A stretch of 35,680 nucleotides of DNA from Raillietiella orientalis (lineage: Eukaryota): assembly GCA_036172245.1 (NCBI GenBank), contig JAYWIR010000047.1:1302001-1337680 (forward strand), given 5' to 3'. The stretch's first letter is position 1. Every line of letters starts with the position of its first letter. The notes beneath the pieces are model-generated. The model had not been told where the DNA came from and searched no databases. It worked only from the letters and a program-made list of their open reading frames with translations. A program made the position numbers and the translations under genes. Positions 1-12,134 of this stretch are shown in pieces.

Positions 1-1654
1 TTTTCTCTAAAAATTTTTGCAACCCTGAAGCTCCTAACTACTTGATCGACTAATTTCATTTTCTCTCATGTAAGTTGAAACATGCATTATTTTCATCCTT
101 CAATACGTTCATCATCTAAATCATAAATATGTTTTTATGAAATCTTTTTCCACAGCAACTTAACCTTTGAATAGAATGCGGCAAAACTTCATTTTTATTT
201 TTTCGGTAATACCAAGTTTTTCATTCTATGTAAACTCCTGTTGAAGAGTGCAATGAATATGGATAAATTTACAGTTATTTTCTAAATATATATCCTGTAT
301 TTTTACTTTACGGATCAATTGTTAAATAGTTTTATGTAGTAGAAACTACATAAAATAACGTATGCAATGTGCAGAAAAGTCATATTCCCCTAAGTAGAAA
401 CATCAAATACAAACAACTGTTAGAAGGTTTTTGTTAACTAATAGGACTAATAAACTGATCATTAGATTCGGCGGGAATGTTTAAATAACATCCACAAATT
501 TTTTGATCTGAAATGAGATTTCTATCCATATAACAGAATACATTATTGTAAATTCTTTTTTAAAAAGCAAATGCAAATTAGTATAAATTCAAAATAACTC
601 AATACACATTCTTTCTGTGGAATTGCATAAAACTCAAACGAATCGACAATAGCTGTAAATCCCTAAAATATGTGTGAATGCAAGATATTTTTGCTTCCAA
701 AAGATTATTTTAAGGCAGCGATTCCAATGCGAGGAAATTAGCCCGAGAATATCTCCCCGAAACAAATCTTGGACATGACTTGCTAAAACCAAAATATTTA
801 GTCTGGAATAAAAGCAAAACAGTGGAATGGAAAATCACAAGTTCCACTGTTATATCAATATTATTTAATACTTTATTCTTTCTGTTATATAAAGTATGAA
901 TGAAGCCATATCTGAATGAATCCCTTATATTTATAATAAAATTGTACATTTAGTGTGCTTTCTCGAATTGTTCCATGCTTCTCTGCAGAGTATTTGTGAG
1001 AATTTTTTAAATTCAGTTACCATCTTTTGCAAACTAACAGTTCTCAGTTATTAGAACTTTCGTTATCTTGCGTACCCTCTTAGGATACTCTTTCGATATA
1101 ATTACAAAAGACAGCAGCTTTTGAAAGTTCACATATTTGCACTCAATTTGAGCTGAACATGAAAGTCTTCAGACTCTGAACAATCATCATTTTTAACAGT
1201 AAGGTATAGAAATAAAAGTTCCAGATTTCTATAAATTAGGCAACAATGTTTTGTTCAACAGTTATATTGATGTACTAATGATATGGAAATTATGCAACAT
1301 TTTTCAAGCGTTGTTTAATCGCAGAGGGAAAAAAAGATGATTGGAAGAGAGCGATTTGCTTACAGAAATCAAAGAATCCTTCAATTTGCAAGGTTAACAC
1401 CAAAGTTTCTAAAATCAACATTGAAACTGATTATTCCACAGAGTGAATATTCAAATCGTTAAGAGCAAATAAAACTGAATTTTTAATTATGCATATGGCT
1501 AATTGGAGTGAACTCGAATTTCATGGTTCCTCATAAAAAACTGAATAGGATTAGGAAATACTTGGATTTTATTATCTAAAAAGGTATTCCTCCTATGAAC
1601 AAGAATGTTTGTATTAAGGAGCTTCAGAACGGAAACAATGTCTACTGCTTTCTA

Positions 1655-1705
1655 ATTCTCGAGAATATTGTGAATAACATCGTTATTCACAATATTCTCG
1701 AGAAT
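1655..1705. repeat. Perfect 24-bp inverted repeat with 3-nt loop
   Basis: attctcgagaatattgtgaataac (1655-1678), loop atc, then gttattcacaatattctcgagaat (1682-1705), its exact reverse complement. A partial third copy ttcacaatattctc follows at about 1708-1721. Confidence 0.95.
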
Positions 1706-1944
1706 CTTTCACAATATTCTCAAAAAAAGAATCTCTAAAATTGATATGCCAAAGAGCTGAGAACTTCCAGAAATATTCCGAGAAGAGGTGTATGGATCTA
1801 TTACGACCAGAATCAGCGTAATATGATACTTACACATATTTTGCACTTCTGCATCTTTTCTATCAATAAGACTTATTATAGAAATCAGCCTTATTTATTA
1901 GGACAGACGCTTATGTGAAGGGAGCTCTGTGTTTCTAATCCCCC

Positions 1945-2690
1945 CTTTGGCAAGTTGCCCCAGAAGAAAGCCAAATGCTTTTCTGGTGTGCCGAAAGTGC
2001 AGCAGTAACGAAAGCAGTCCTTCGCTGCCCGTGCAGCTCCGAAAGAGAAGGTGCGCAGGACCACATTAAGGCGTACACCAGAGTTTGGAACATAGTGAAT
2101 AGCATAGCATTCCGAACTCTGCCTGCAATCCGATCTTTTTGATACTCAGGATGCCCAAGCCAGCATCCTGGCGCGGCGCCCCCAAGTCTTTCAATCGGAT
2201 CCAAGACCTTGCAGAGCCCCACAAGGCTTTGAGTAGAAGGCGCTGCGCTTGAATCTTGACCGAATGAGCGGAAAACCAAAAACAGGGGGAGGAGGGGGGA
2301 GGCAACAAAGCTGATCCAGATGGAGACTCGTTCCAGCAAGACTTGCCACACAGGAACGGGTCAAGAGTACACTGTGCCTTTCAAAGGCAGTCCGACCTTG
2401 CTTCTGCAACGTAAAAGTTGCCTAACGGCACGCCAAGGTATTTGAAGTACTTTCCCGTGAAGATCTCCGTGGGATCCAGTCGGACTGTGCCTACCCATGT
2501 CGCTCCCACCGCGACGACCGTCGACTTCGACCTGTTCACGCTCACGCCCGCTCCACGGCGGATCAGCTCGAAGAAGTCCTCGAGCTAGACCGCCGGGTTG
2601 GACATGGGCAATAGGAGAAGCACGTTGTCCGCATAGGCTGCCACGGCGGGGTATCTGGACAGGAGCTCGGCAGGCTGGCCAGCATCAGTC
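1945..2690 (-). mobile_element. Degenerate L1/Tx1-like ORF2 fragment (RT catalytic region to thumb/GGLG region)
   Basis: Minus-strand translation across frameshifts: PAVAAYADNVLLLLPMSNPAV*LEDFFELIRRGAGVSVNRSKSTVVAVGATWVG...KYFKYLGVPLGNFY...LLERVSIW...ALWGSARSWIRLKDLGAPRQDAGLGILSI...KLWCTP*. Colinear with the copy at 12690-14597 (YADD, KYLGVPL, LYAPRRDGGLGLL, KLWSTSW). Confidence 0.9.
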
Positions 2691-3224
2691 TGTAACACAC
2701 GGAGACTTATGCCCTATATCCCAAATACAAACAGCAGTCCTCCCCCATCACAGTGTAGGTCCGCCAGCAGATGACATCCATTTAGATGGCTCTTCCACGT
2801 TTCCAATAGCAGAAGCTATTCAGGTGCTAACGTCCCTCTAAGTGCTATTTTTATCACTAACCCTCTCTCAATGTTGCTCCCTCAACAGCTGTGTATTCAA
2901 AGGCAGTTGAAACCTCTGTAAAATTGGACTTTACAAACATGTTGTAAAACTAAGCCTTATATAAGGTACAAATGTAAAAGGAATGTCGTAATAAACAAAC
3001 AAAATTCAGCACCAACTCGAAGAAGATGCTGATGAGCAGAAGGTTTAAACTGTCTCTCTGCCTTATTCCACGCTGCATTGCCATCCATGAACGTGAAGTT
3101 GCTGAAACAAAATGCTCACAATTTCCTGGTGTCAGCAGAAGCGCAAGTAGACCTGCAGGTTTGCCGGAAGACCAAGACTTTGCAAGTGCTCCAGAAGGAG
3201 TTCCTGGATGACGCAGTCGAACGT

Positions 3225-3720
3225 TTGGCCATTGGAATCCCCTGAGGCAATTCTAGGGACGCTTTAAAAGCCCTCTTCGTTGCTGACGCCCTTCGGCGTG
3301 CGGCCTCGTTAGCAGCCCTGTGCTGCCTTCGCCGGATCGTCGCCGCCTGGAGCAAGGCTAAGGGAGGACCACGCGACCAGGATGCCATCCATCCAGCCTC
3401 CCAATTCTTGAGGAAAGCGTCGCAATGGCCCCACCTGGATCCTGGAATACAGAAAGAGCTTGCCGGCATCCTGCGAAGGATGCAGCGGCCCCAGCAGCAA
3501 CAGTGATCCCTTCCCGTACCCTCCCACCTTTTCTTTTCTTTTTGTTTAGTTTTTTGTTTATCCCCCTTCCTTCTGCTGCGTGGTGGACCGTACCGGTCTG
3601 CGAACCGGTGACCCGGCAGGCTCTGTGTTTCTTCGTGCGTGGCTGGAGCACTGGTCCAGCCACAGCACGTCTTTGTTAAAGTTTGTTTTTGAAATAAACG
3701 CCCCGGCGAAACCCGGCTGA
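3225..3720 (+). mobile_element. 3' terminal fragment of L1/Tx1-like element (ORF2 C-terminus + 3' UTR)
   Basis: LAIGIP*GNSRDALKALFVADALRRAASLAALCCLRRIVAAWSKAK...QFLRKASQWPHL...KELAGILRRMQ aligns with the ORF2 end at about 14095-14377 (ALGIPDGGNPRGVYSLLFVRDALSPAAALAALCCIRGIVAAWSDAK...). Both copies continue tga-tcccttccc, a T-rich tract, AATAAA (3693-3698 here) and a ccgg hairpin. Confidence 0.9.
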
Positions 3721-3721
3721 A

Positions 3722-4660
3722 AATCGAAAGTTTTGTGCAGGTCGACTACGACTGCCAAGGTTTTCGGCGTTTCTTCTTGAGGCTTGTCCCTACGCCTGTG
3801 GTCGATAGCAGATATCGCTGCTTCTCGACCATCCAGCGCTACTGCAGTTGGAGCCATATCTGCGCGAAAAGGAGATTCGCATCCATGGACCGCCCGGGAA
3901 CAGCGTAGGTCTGCTCCGGACTTATCACAGACTCCGCGATCTTTTTACTCCCGCGACCCAAAGCTTCGACTACAGCTTGACGTTCGAATTCACTAATGTG
4001 ATGGAGCAGATTGTGAACAGTTGTTGAGGAACGCAACTCTTCGCCTTTAGGCAGGAGACGTACCTTCGCTGAGCGAAACAGGGGGGAACATCGCCCGTGT
4101 CTCGCATCTGCGACGAGAGTCACTGAGCCAAGGGGTTGGGCATCGTTGAGTGGTCCTGGAAGAACTCCGCGGGCGGGCCATCCTCGCCTGGCACCTTCCG
4201 CCTCTTGAGCCCCGCGATGGGGGAAGAGATTTACTGGGCTCGTGAAGGGCTCGTCGAGACGTCCGCATTCCTCCTCGTCAATAGCAGGAGCATCCCTCGG
4301 GAGAAGCAGTTCGGAGAGACTGTGTTCAGTGGGTGCCTCTGCGTACAACGAAAAGTAGTAGCGCCTGAGTGCTCATATGTCGGCCGAGACCGAGCATTCC
4401 TGGCCCGCGTCGTCCAGCAAACAAGACTGCCAGACCTGGCGCTCGACCCTTGCCTTCTAGTCTACCAGTCGTCGAACGTCCGCGTGCCTGGAGAAAGTTC
4501 GGGACAGCAGAAAAACTCTGCTGTTGGCCACTCCCTCTCCAAAGTCACGTGGAAGTAGGTGCGAGGGAACCGGCAGCACAACTCGTGAACCGATCTTTTC
4601 GGTACGTCCTAGTCCACGAGCTCCCCAGCGACGAAGTCTCGGAGGTGCTGGTGAAGATGC
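3722..4660 (-). mobile_element. Degenerate 5'-truncated L1/Tx1-like ORF2 fragment (linker to first RT motifs)
   Basis: Across frameshifts: LVD*DVPKRSVHELCC (vs VADWDRLKHRIHLFC in the intact ORF2), GLKRRKVPGEDGPPAEFFQDH, FRSAKVRLLPKGEEL, VISPEQTYAVPGRSMDAN (vs LISPVQTCAVPGRHMSDN), TLAVVVDLHKTFD (vs VLVFTDMEKAFD). Confidence 0.88.
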
Positions 4661-4662
4661 TC

Positions 4663-5850
4663 CGAGTCTCATAACGAATTCCAGACCGGGAGATAATTAT
4701 TGAGAATGAGATTAAGTCTGAGGTTCTTGTCGGAAAAAGTGGAGTCTCCAATTGCTTTCAGGGAGCAGTAGATGGAATATTTCTACTGGTGCTGGTCGAA
4801 ATTCTTTTGATCGAGCGGAACTTTCCATAGACTGAAATCTGAAGTTAGCTCCAGGAGGTTGAGTCCTAACAACTCGTTTCCTTTCGACCCTACGAACAAG
4901 GTAGTGATATCAGTTTTGTATAACCCCTTCTCTATAATTTCAGAAAGGCAATCCATTTAACGATGGACTCCGTTCCCAGTCTTGACGACCGGCCGAACCA
5001 TCCTGAGTTCAGATTTTTCTAATACGACCATCTCTTCGAAAGTAGGTTCCACTAACTGACCTTTTATCTCTTCATCTGAGAAGAGGGCAGCAACTACGCC
5101 CTTCATAGCAGATGGGCGCTTATCGTTTCCCTCCACCTCCACCAGAGTCTTTCCTCCCGTTCCAGCCTGAGTGACGCTCACCTGCGTTGCCTCAGTGACG
5201 AGTGCGACAGTTCTCCATGGCGTGGACACTCCCGCAACATGTACGTGTGCTGCTGCTCGCAATATCCAGCCTTCTTCCTCGGCTTTCCGCTACCACTAAC
5301 ATGCGAGAAGTCGGCTGACTCAAAAACGTAGCGTGCTACAAACGCACCTGCAGACCACCAAATCCGTGCCTCCTTCCCTGGGCGCGCGTACAAACCGTGA
5401 AACTCGTCGTTATTGTGTAGACCCCTTGCTTAGTTAGCACCTCCGATCCCGCACCAGAGACCATCTCCCCCACTAAACGACCCTCTTTCTCCCTCGTGGC
5501 AGCCTCAGTTCGTGCCACAGTTTCTCGGGAAACTCCGCATCCATCGCTGCATGCACTCTACCTGCATGAGCACTGCGCTTGGCTCTCCAAATATGGTCGT
5601 AGGTTCCTCTACCTTTCTTTCCAAGTGACCTACTCGGTCCAGCACCTCATGGTAGGTGACCGATGTTGGCACGCGCTTGGAAATCTGCAGCCTAACAGTG
5701 CTGCTTCTTTGCAGATAAATCCACTCTTGAAAGGTCTCGCACTGCAGAGCACGGCTCCCACCGAAGAGAAATGCTTTCAGGGATGGCATGCAGGGATCGC
5801 AAGCGCAGCGGTCCCTGGCCTGAGCAACAGCATGATGAGGCATCTTTGTG
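4663..5850 (-). pseudogene. Endogenous viral element: disrupted RdRp fragment of a toti-like dsRNA virus (Ghabrivirales-like)
   Basis: One minus-strand frame (5262 to about 4663) reads AGTGGKTLVEVEG...AMKGVVAALFSDEEIKGQL...EEMVVLEKSELRMVRPVVKTGNGVHR*MDCLSEIIEKGLYKTDITTLFVGSKGNE...WKVPLDQKNFDQHQ*KYSIYCSLKAIG...VWNSL*DS. It has motif F (KSE..RPVV) and motif A (PLDQxxFD, 4786-4827) of giardiavirus-like/arthropod toti-like RdRps, recognised from memory. It stops before motifs B/C. The upstream boundary is approximate. Confidence 0.82.
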
Positions 5851-8800
5851 CGCACAGCAAGGGCAGCTTCCTCTTCGCGTGCACCTTGGAAACAAGCAAA
5901 TTCCCTGATCACGGAATGAACGGCATGTTGCAAAAACCGGGATTCAGAAAGAGAATGTGCTGCCTTCTCCCCGTGCGGTCACGCGGATTCGAAGGGACGC
6001 CCGACGACTCGCCAGCTGGGCATCCCCGAACAGGGACGCGGACGCATGCCAACGGCGTCCAAGAAAGGACAAAGCCATCTCTGGCTTTATCCGACGATGC
6101 TGTGGGCAAAGAAACTTGCCGCACACGAAGATGCCAAGAGCCACGCTCTGAAGCGAGTTGAAATTAATGGAGCTTTGGGCACGCCCTTCGAAGGTCGCTG
6201 CGGTTTGCAAAACCTCAGCAAGCTAAACTCTTCCAGCGGGTCAACCCGTGCTACTCGGAAGAAGAGCAAAAGACCTCCAGACGAAGGTCGATTGGTACGG
6301 TAAGGCGCGCAGCGAGCGTTTCCACGTTCTCCCTGCAGAGTCAGCCAACCTTGTTCAGCGTGAGTACCATGGCTTCAAGAAGACACGCCAAAGTCACCGA
6401 TGCAGTTGGAACGCAACCCTTTCTTGTCAAGGAAAAGCAGCCAGCAGAGTTGCTTTCTCCGTATGCATCGAGTGGTAGGAGGGACGCATTCCAAGACAGT
6501 GAGTGAAGCTTCAACGAGGTTGCCTGTAGCAACCACACGTGTGAGCAGCCTCTGCGAAGAAAACGAAAAAAAGTTATTTGGAAGAGCAGTGCTGGATCAA
6601 ATCAAAACGGAAGCCAGGAGGCGAGTCAAACGCGAGAGACTTCTTCCTGGTTACCGAATGGCTGTTGCTGCCCTTCCGCAAATTGCGTGCTGCAGATACC
6701 ACGTGGAGCATGATAACTCCTTCACTTAGCGAAACCGTGGACAGACTCGAATCCCTGGAAGAATCCGTTTATTACCACACTGTCATGGAACACACCATGC
6801 TCTTCAAAGAGCCAAACTTCGAACACGTACCGAGCAAGCATTCGTTATCCGATTTTGGAATGTGTGAGAACATGAACAGCGGAGCTGTCATCTATTCCTT
6901 TCAGTATTGTGGAAAATTCCTGAGGCCATGGTTATGCGCGACTCGAATTCATTAATATAAGACTATGTTTATTTCCAAGGTCCCGGTTAAGGTGTTGTTT
7001 CTTCACTGTCGTGAAAAGACACCTTCGTGGTGAGAAAAGCAATGTTTTTCCTCATGAAGTCTACTTGAACGGTCTTTCCCTCTAAAATTTTTGTGCACAG
7101 TTGCATTTGAGTAGTTTCCTGAGCGACGAATATGAGGTAGAAATGTTGCCCATCTAGAGGAACGAAAGACACATGAAGCATTTCCAAAGAGAACATCAGA
7201 CAAGAGAAGGAGTTGTCCACGCAACTGAGAGGGTCGAATGCCCACATTGAGCCAATCGGGTAAACACACAGGAACCACGCGTTTCAAGACACCGAGCGGA
7301 TGCTGCAGGGATCAGGGATCACCACGCCTAACGAATCCCCTGCCCGGAAAGTCTGCACTCGCGGGACGTCTCCACACGCACGCGCGCTGCGAAAGTAATG
7401 CGCATGCGTGCGCGATGACATCGGGTGCTAAGCAGAAGCGAGGAGTGGAAGGCAGGTGCGGACACCCACGGGGCGCATACTAACATGCCAGCCACACGAT
7501 GCATTTTCGTGACTCTCCATGAAACCCCACATCTGCAATGCCAACGGGTCGCATCGAGGTGAAAAAAGCTTTCCAGGATTGTCGCGCCATCGGGAAGGAT
7601 GGGTTGCAAGCAACGTCCACCTACGCCCGGGGGCACTCACTGCTGCACTTCCCCTCCTCGTTCTTCCGCACCGCAACACGCACTGAATCTGATGGGGGAC
7701 GAGTGGCAGCAACTCTCAGAGAGTCAAGAGAAGTCCCTACAGATTCAGCGCTGCTCTCTGCGGAAAGTCGGTGTGCTTCTGAGGAGCGCTCGAACGCTGC
7801 TGGTCAGCCCGAACTTCACGACGGCGTCGACATCTGTCTGCACTCCGAAATCAAGGGAACTCAGCGTGAGCCTTCCGCCATTCTCTCTGCAATTCTCGTC
7901 GTGGCGCCGGTCTCATCAGACAGGTGCGTCTTCTTACCCATTCAAGTTCACCATCATTCTCAAATAGGAAAGTTGTTGCTGGCGGCTCACCGCTGTCGTG
8001 TAGTCCAATGTGATAGGTAAACTGCCAGAGTACGGGGCCGTCTTTGGGAAAGGGTTGTTGCGTGGAGGCACATAAGATGCAACAAGCGCATTGGGACTCT
8101 TGTAGGCAGCAATGCGGATCGGCTACCTCGATCTGTCACGACTTGAAATGAATTTACCTTGCGACGGTGGTCATGCGCGGGTTGTCCTTTTTTCGGGGAC
8201 TCGACTCGGCTCCTTCCATCACGCTTCCCTCTTGGAGTCGGAAACTATTCGGTGCAGGGGATGCAGCCGAACTCTTGCACCCATCAGAGAGCGCACCGAA
8301 GCGCCTCGTCTCTTTCGGCTTTGCGAGATCACCCTGGTTCCCGTGCTCGACCTAGAAGCGACGATTGGCAGTCTCCAGGTTCGGAGGACCAATAGCATCG
8401 AGGAAGCAAAGGAGGAAGCACGCAACTCGGTCACGAAGGGGCTGCAGCACTTCATGCTGCCAAATCGTGCAGGGCCTTTCCAACGGGATGGAAATGCAGA
8501 GCATCACCGATCGACGTCGTCGTTGGCAACTCTGCAGTTAGACCCATTTCCCGTGAAATAGGCTTCCGCAGCTGTTGGCGCTCAACACGCAGAGAGCAAT
8601 CACCTGGAGAATGTTATTTCCGACGAAGGACTGATACTCTTTCCCGAAGACCGTCGTGCTGTCCGTTTTTCCGTAGACAAAGCTGGAGGAGTTCCCGACG
8701 TTGAATGTTTTGAGATCTTCTGCAATGGGAAGACAAACTTGGAAAGGGCAGTCGCACGCACCAGGGTCCCTTACTGCAAAACGGAGTTGGACAGCGGTGG

Positions 8801-8959
8801 CTCAGCACCACCACACTCGAGTACAATCCAGCATCCAGGGCAAGGGACAAGGGTCGTGGCATATTTCCCAGAGAGGCTTCCAGCAGGTAGAAGCCCTGCA
8901 TTCTGGGAGTGTGAGAAAGGCGGAAGGGCTGCACTCACCCTCTCGTAACGAAGAGGGAA

Positions 8960-9650
8960 GGTTTCTTCGACAAGAGTAAGTTTAGCCGCCCTAGAGAAGC
9001 AAGTCATTTCCGGGTCACTCCTAATAAGCAAGCAAGCTCCCAGTATCCTCACCAGGAAACTGCTAGCAAAGCGGAGAAGAACGAGGCAGATGTCCACATG
9101 TGGAAGCCGATGGAAAGGTTCGGATGCCGACTCCACACACTGCAGCGCTGGCAAAGAGAACAGGCGGTCCCTTCCTGCCTGTGGACTTCCTGGAGGCGTT
9201 TCGTGAGCGTTTATATGGAGGAGAGGTCGCATCCTCACGATGATCTTTCTGGATTTTCGCAGGTGTTCAGGCAGTTTTGGTAGTGAATGTCACCTCACCT
9301 CTATTCCTGATATCGGTGAGAGTCGTCTTTGTCGACGAAATGATGGATCACCAGGCAGAAACTTTTTCTCTCTCCGCAAGCAGCAATCACTCATGGAAAG
9401 GATCACACATGAGGGTCCTGGCACTTGTTTTTGCTCCTGGCAGCAGCTTCGCTTTCCTCTTGCTCGTTTGTGTGGGACTCCCTCTGAAAGCAGGGGATGG
9501 ATCGCGGAACGCAGCGTCCGCATTCTCTCACTTCCGGGAACCGGGCAAGGCAAGGAAGGGGGGTATGTCGCAGCGAGATGTCGCTCGTGGGGTGGCACGG
9601 GCAGTGGGAAGCGCCTCGAACCTGCAGCCAGCTGAAGGGACACTCCTTAA
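8960..9650 (+). mobile_element. Highly decayed APE-endonuclease relic of a LINE ORF2
   Basis: Fragments across frameshifts in APE order: SLAALEKQ...KQAPSIL/QET, RWKGS, GRILTMIFLDF/GVQAVLVVNVTSP (vs GRVIGVRLSWSSNVHLFLVNVYGP in the intact ORF2). No clean GDFN or SDH motif remains. Confidence 0.4.
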
Positions 9651-10849
9651 GGAATCGCGCGCTCGGAGGAGCTCGCCATTCTTTGGCTAGCTGGGATGAG
9701 ATGGGGCTATGGGGAAGGCTATCTCGGGGAAGCAGTTCTCACGTGCGGAAGAGAAGGAGCAGTCCATCCAGCAGCTGCCCTGCGTAATGCTGACGATAGA
9801 GGGCATGTGGAAGCAACAACCCCTTTCATGTTCCGCGCCAAGGACACCTCTGGACTCCCGTCAATCCACGCGCTAGCGGGTTACGAGCCGGGTGCCTCAT
9901 GCACTGCAGCGTCTTCAGTTTCTTCTTCTCCACGGTGACGAAGCGTCCGCTGGCGAATTGCAAACGGAAATTACCCCTTGATCTCGATAGCATGGTCGCG
10001 GGCATCTCAGCGCGGGAGTAAGGTCGCCTGAAGCAGCCGCTCTTCCTCGAGGTCCCCGGAAGCACGTCCCGAGCGGTTGCCTCGAGGAACCGGACGCGCT
10101 ATCACGCGCATTTTTCGTCCGCTCCCCGTGCGGGGTCCAGCATCCTTTGCCTACCCTCTGGCAGCAGTTTCGTGCTTGTTCGGAAGAAGGATCCCCCTGC
10201 AGGCAGGACGTGGTACCACAGCGACTTCTGGTCTTTCCCCCGGATGCAGACCAGTGCATCCCGTGGAGAAAGCTCGAGCAGGGCTCAGGCGGCTGCAGGA
10301 GCCGTGCATGTGTTCGTACTTTGAGAGTCGCTCACTACCTTTCTGGCGTTTTCGAGTCTTCGCGGCTCAGAGGCGGGGACTCGCCTCGTTTGCGCTTCTG
10401 GCTGTGGTGCTGCGAATCGTGCGGACCTGCTCTCTGACGCTCTGCGCTCAGAAGGACCTTTTTCTTCCCATTCTTATGTGCGTTGGTGCGTGGAGTGTGC
10501 TTGTGATTTCCTGGAGTGGATTCCAAGAGGATAGGTCGTGGACAACCAGGGAAGAGAAGCGGGGACTCGTTCTGCCCTCTCTACGGAGCTTGCGGACGAC
10601 ACGTCCTGCTTAGAATTGCTCTCTCAGAATGAGAGGCTGCAGATCCACGTAGCTGCTCCGGATCTTCCGTAGTGAGCCGAGTCAGGAAGCCGGACCTGCA
10701 AGTGAGAGGTGTGCACCCATTCGTGCATGGGAAGTTATTCAAGACTCATGCGGTTCTCATGGCGCGATCCCGCGAAAGCCCCTCGTGACTAAGAGCTTGT
10801 AAAGCTGGAGGTGTTCTGTGTGGGTCAGATGGTTGAGCTGACCTGCAAA

Positions 10850-11310
10850 GATGGTCTCTCTCAATGCATGCTGGAAACCACATCAATTGGTCACCGTCAA
10901 TGGACGCTATCCCGTATCGGTTACAACCGTTTCCTGGTCATCCAGATCGCAAGCATTTCGGTTGAAGTAACCAAGGACAAGGTTCTTCGCGCTCTGTCAG
11001 AATTCTCCACGGTTCGCGCAATGTGGGCGAAGTCCAGTGCTTCCTTTGCCTACGAGGGATCGCCAAGAGAAATGGCGGCCTACCAAGTCGCCGTCTGTGA
11101 CGAGAGTGGGCCGCTCACGGTCCATAGGTGGGAGGAGAGTGCATCGACCTGTGACCAACGCTGTGGCTCTCAGGTGAGCTTGAAGTGTGTGTGCGAGGCG
11201 GAAAGACGAAGCACCCCAGAAGAAGGCATCTTGAAACCACATGCTTCGGGTGCGGAGAAATGGGCGTATCCAGGTGGTTTGTGTCAGAGGAAACAAGAGC
11301 TCTCCCTCCT
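10850..11310 (+). mobile_element. Decayed LINE ORF1 (RRM-like segment + degenerate zinc knuckles)
   Basis: FLVIQIASISVEVTKDKVLRALSEFSTV (Tx1-type ORF1 RRM pattern), then TCDQRCGSQ, CVRGGKTKHPRRRH and TCFGCGEMG/RIQVVC, i.e. three damaged CCHC knuckles across frameshifts. Confidence 0.65.
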
Positions 11311-12134
11311 CCTCAGAGCGGAGGGATAGGAGAGCGAGTGCAAGAAACGTCAGGGTCAATCGAGGGCCCACAAGCGTAAATGGAGTATTCTTGAAGCCAC
11401 TGACACCCTTACAGTTTCCCTCGGAACATGGTGCAGGTGCAAGAGAGGGCAGCAGCATTGGGGACGGGGGCTGGCAAACCAGAGAATGCACGCAATGGTT
11501 CTTCTTCGCCTACGACTCTCCATTAGCCATCCTCTGGGTGAGGAGCTGCAGGAACCGAAGGAGTTGAGTAGTCTGGATTCCACACTTCTTGCCACAGCGT
11601 TGTCTGCCCTCGGGACACGCGACGACAATTGCTTACCGGCGGGGTGGTAGCTGACCTGCGCGATCTCTTGAGAGACCAAACTCCTTGGTGACTGGAAGAG
11701 GCGCGAGTTGACGAATGCCGTCACTCCACGTAATGAGGCAATGGGACTACGTCGGTCGTGTCCACTGTCGAGTATTCTCCCCATCGAACTGGTAGTCCTC
11801 TCACCCAATGCTGGAACGGCTTTTCCACTGAAATGGAAACGCGACGTGCTACTGTCTCGGCGCTGGAGGTTCTAGTTCAATGAGCGCTGGAACCTCGTCT
11901 CCGGTAGAGCTGCATCCTCGGACTACGCCATCGGGGGGAAGGGGCGGAGTCAATCCCGACCCTACAGAAGATCCCCTGTCCTCTGGCTGAAACCCTCACC
12001 TCCACCACAAGGCATCACCTTTCTGACTTTCCGAGACTCCGTATGCGCCAGCTGACGTCAATGGGTCATCTTGCCCGCGGCGCCTTCCTTGCCTCATCCA
12101 CCAAACCAGCGACCTGTTACGAACTGCCAAGTGA

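Noticed and set aside
1945..3720. Simple twin-priming 5' inversion
   Set aside because: The minus-strand ORF2 continues on the far side (3722-4660) and about 530 nt of unrelated DNA intervenes.
1..5262. Stop-codon reassignment (TAA/TAG read-through)
   Set aside because: All three stop types plus frameshifts interrupt the relics, and some stops replace conserved Trp. The intact ORF1 ends at TAG. This is decay, not a variant code.
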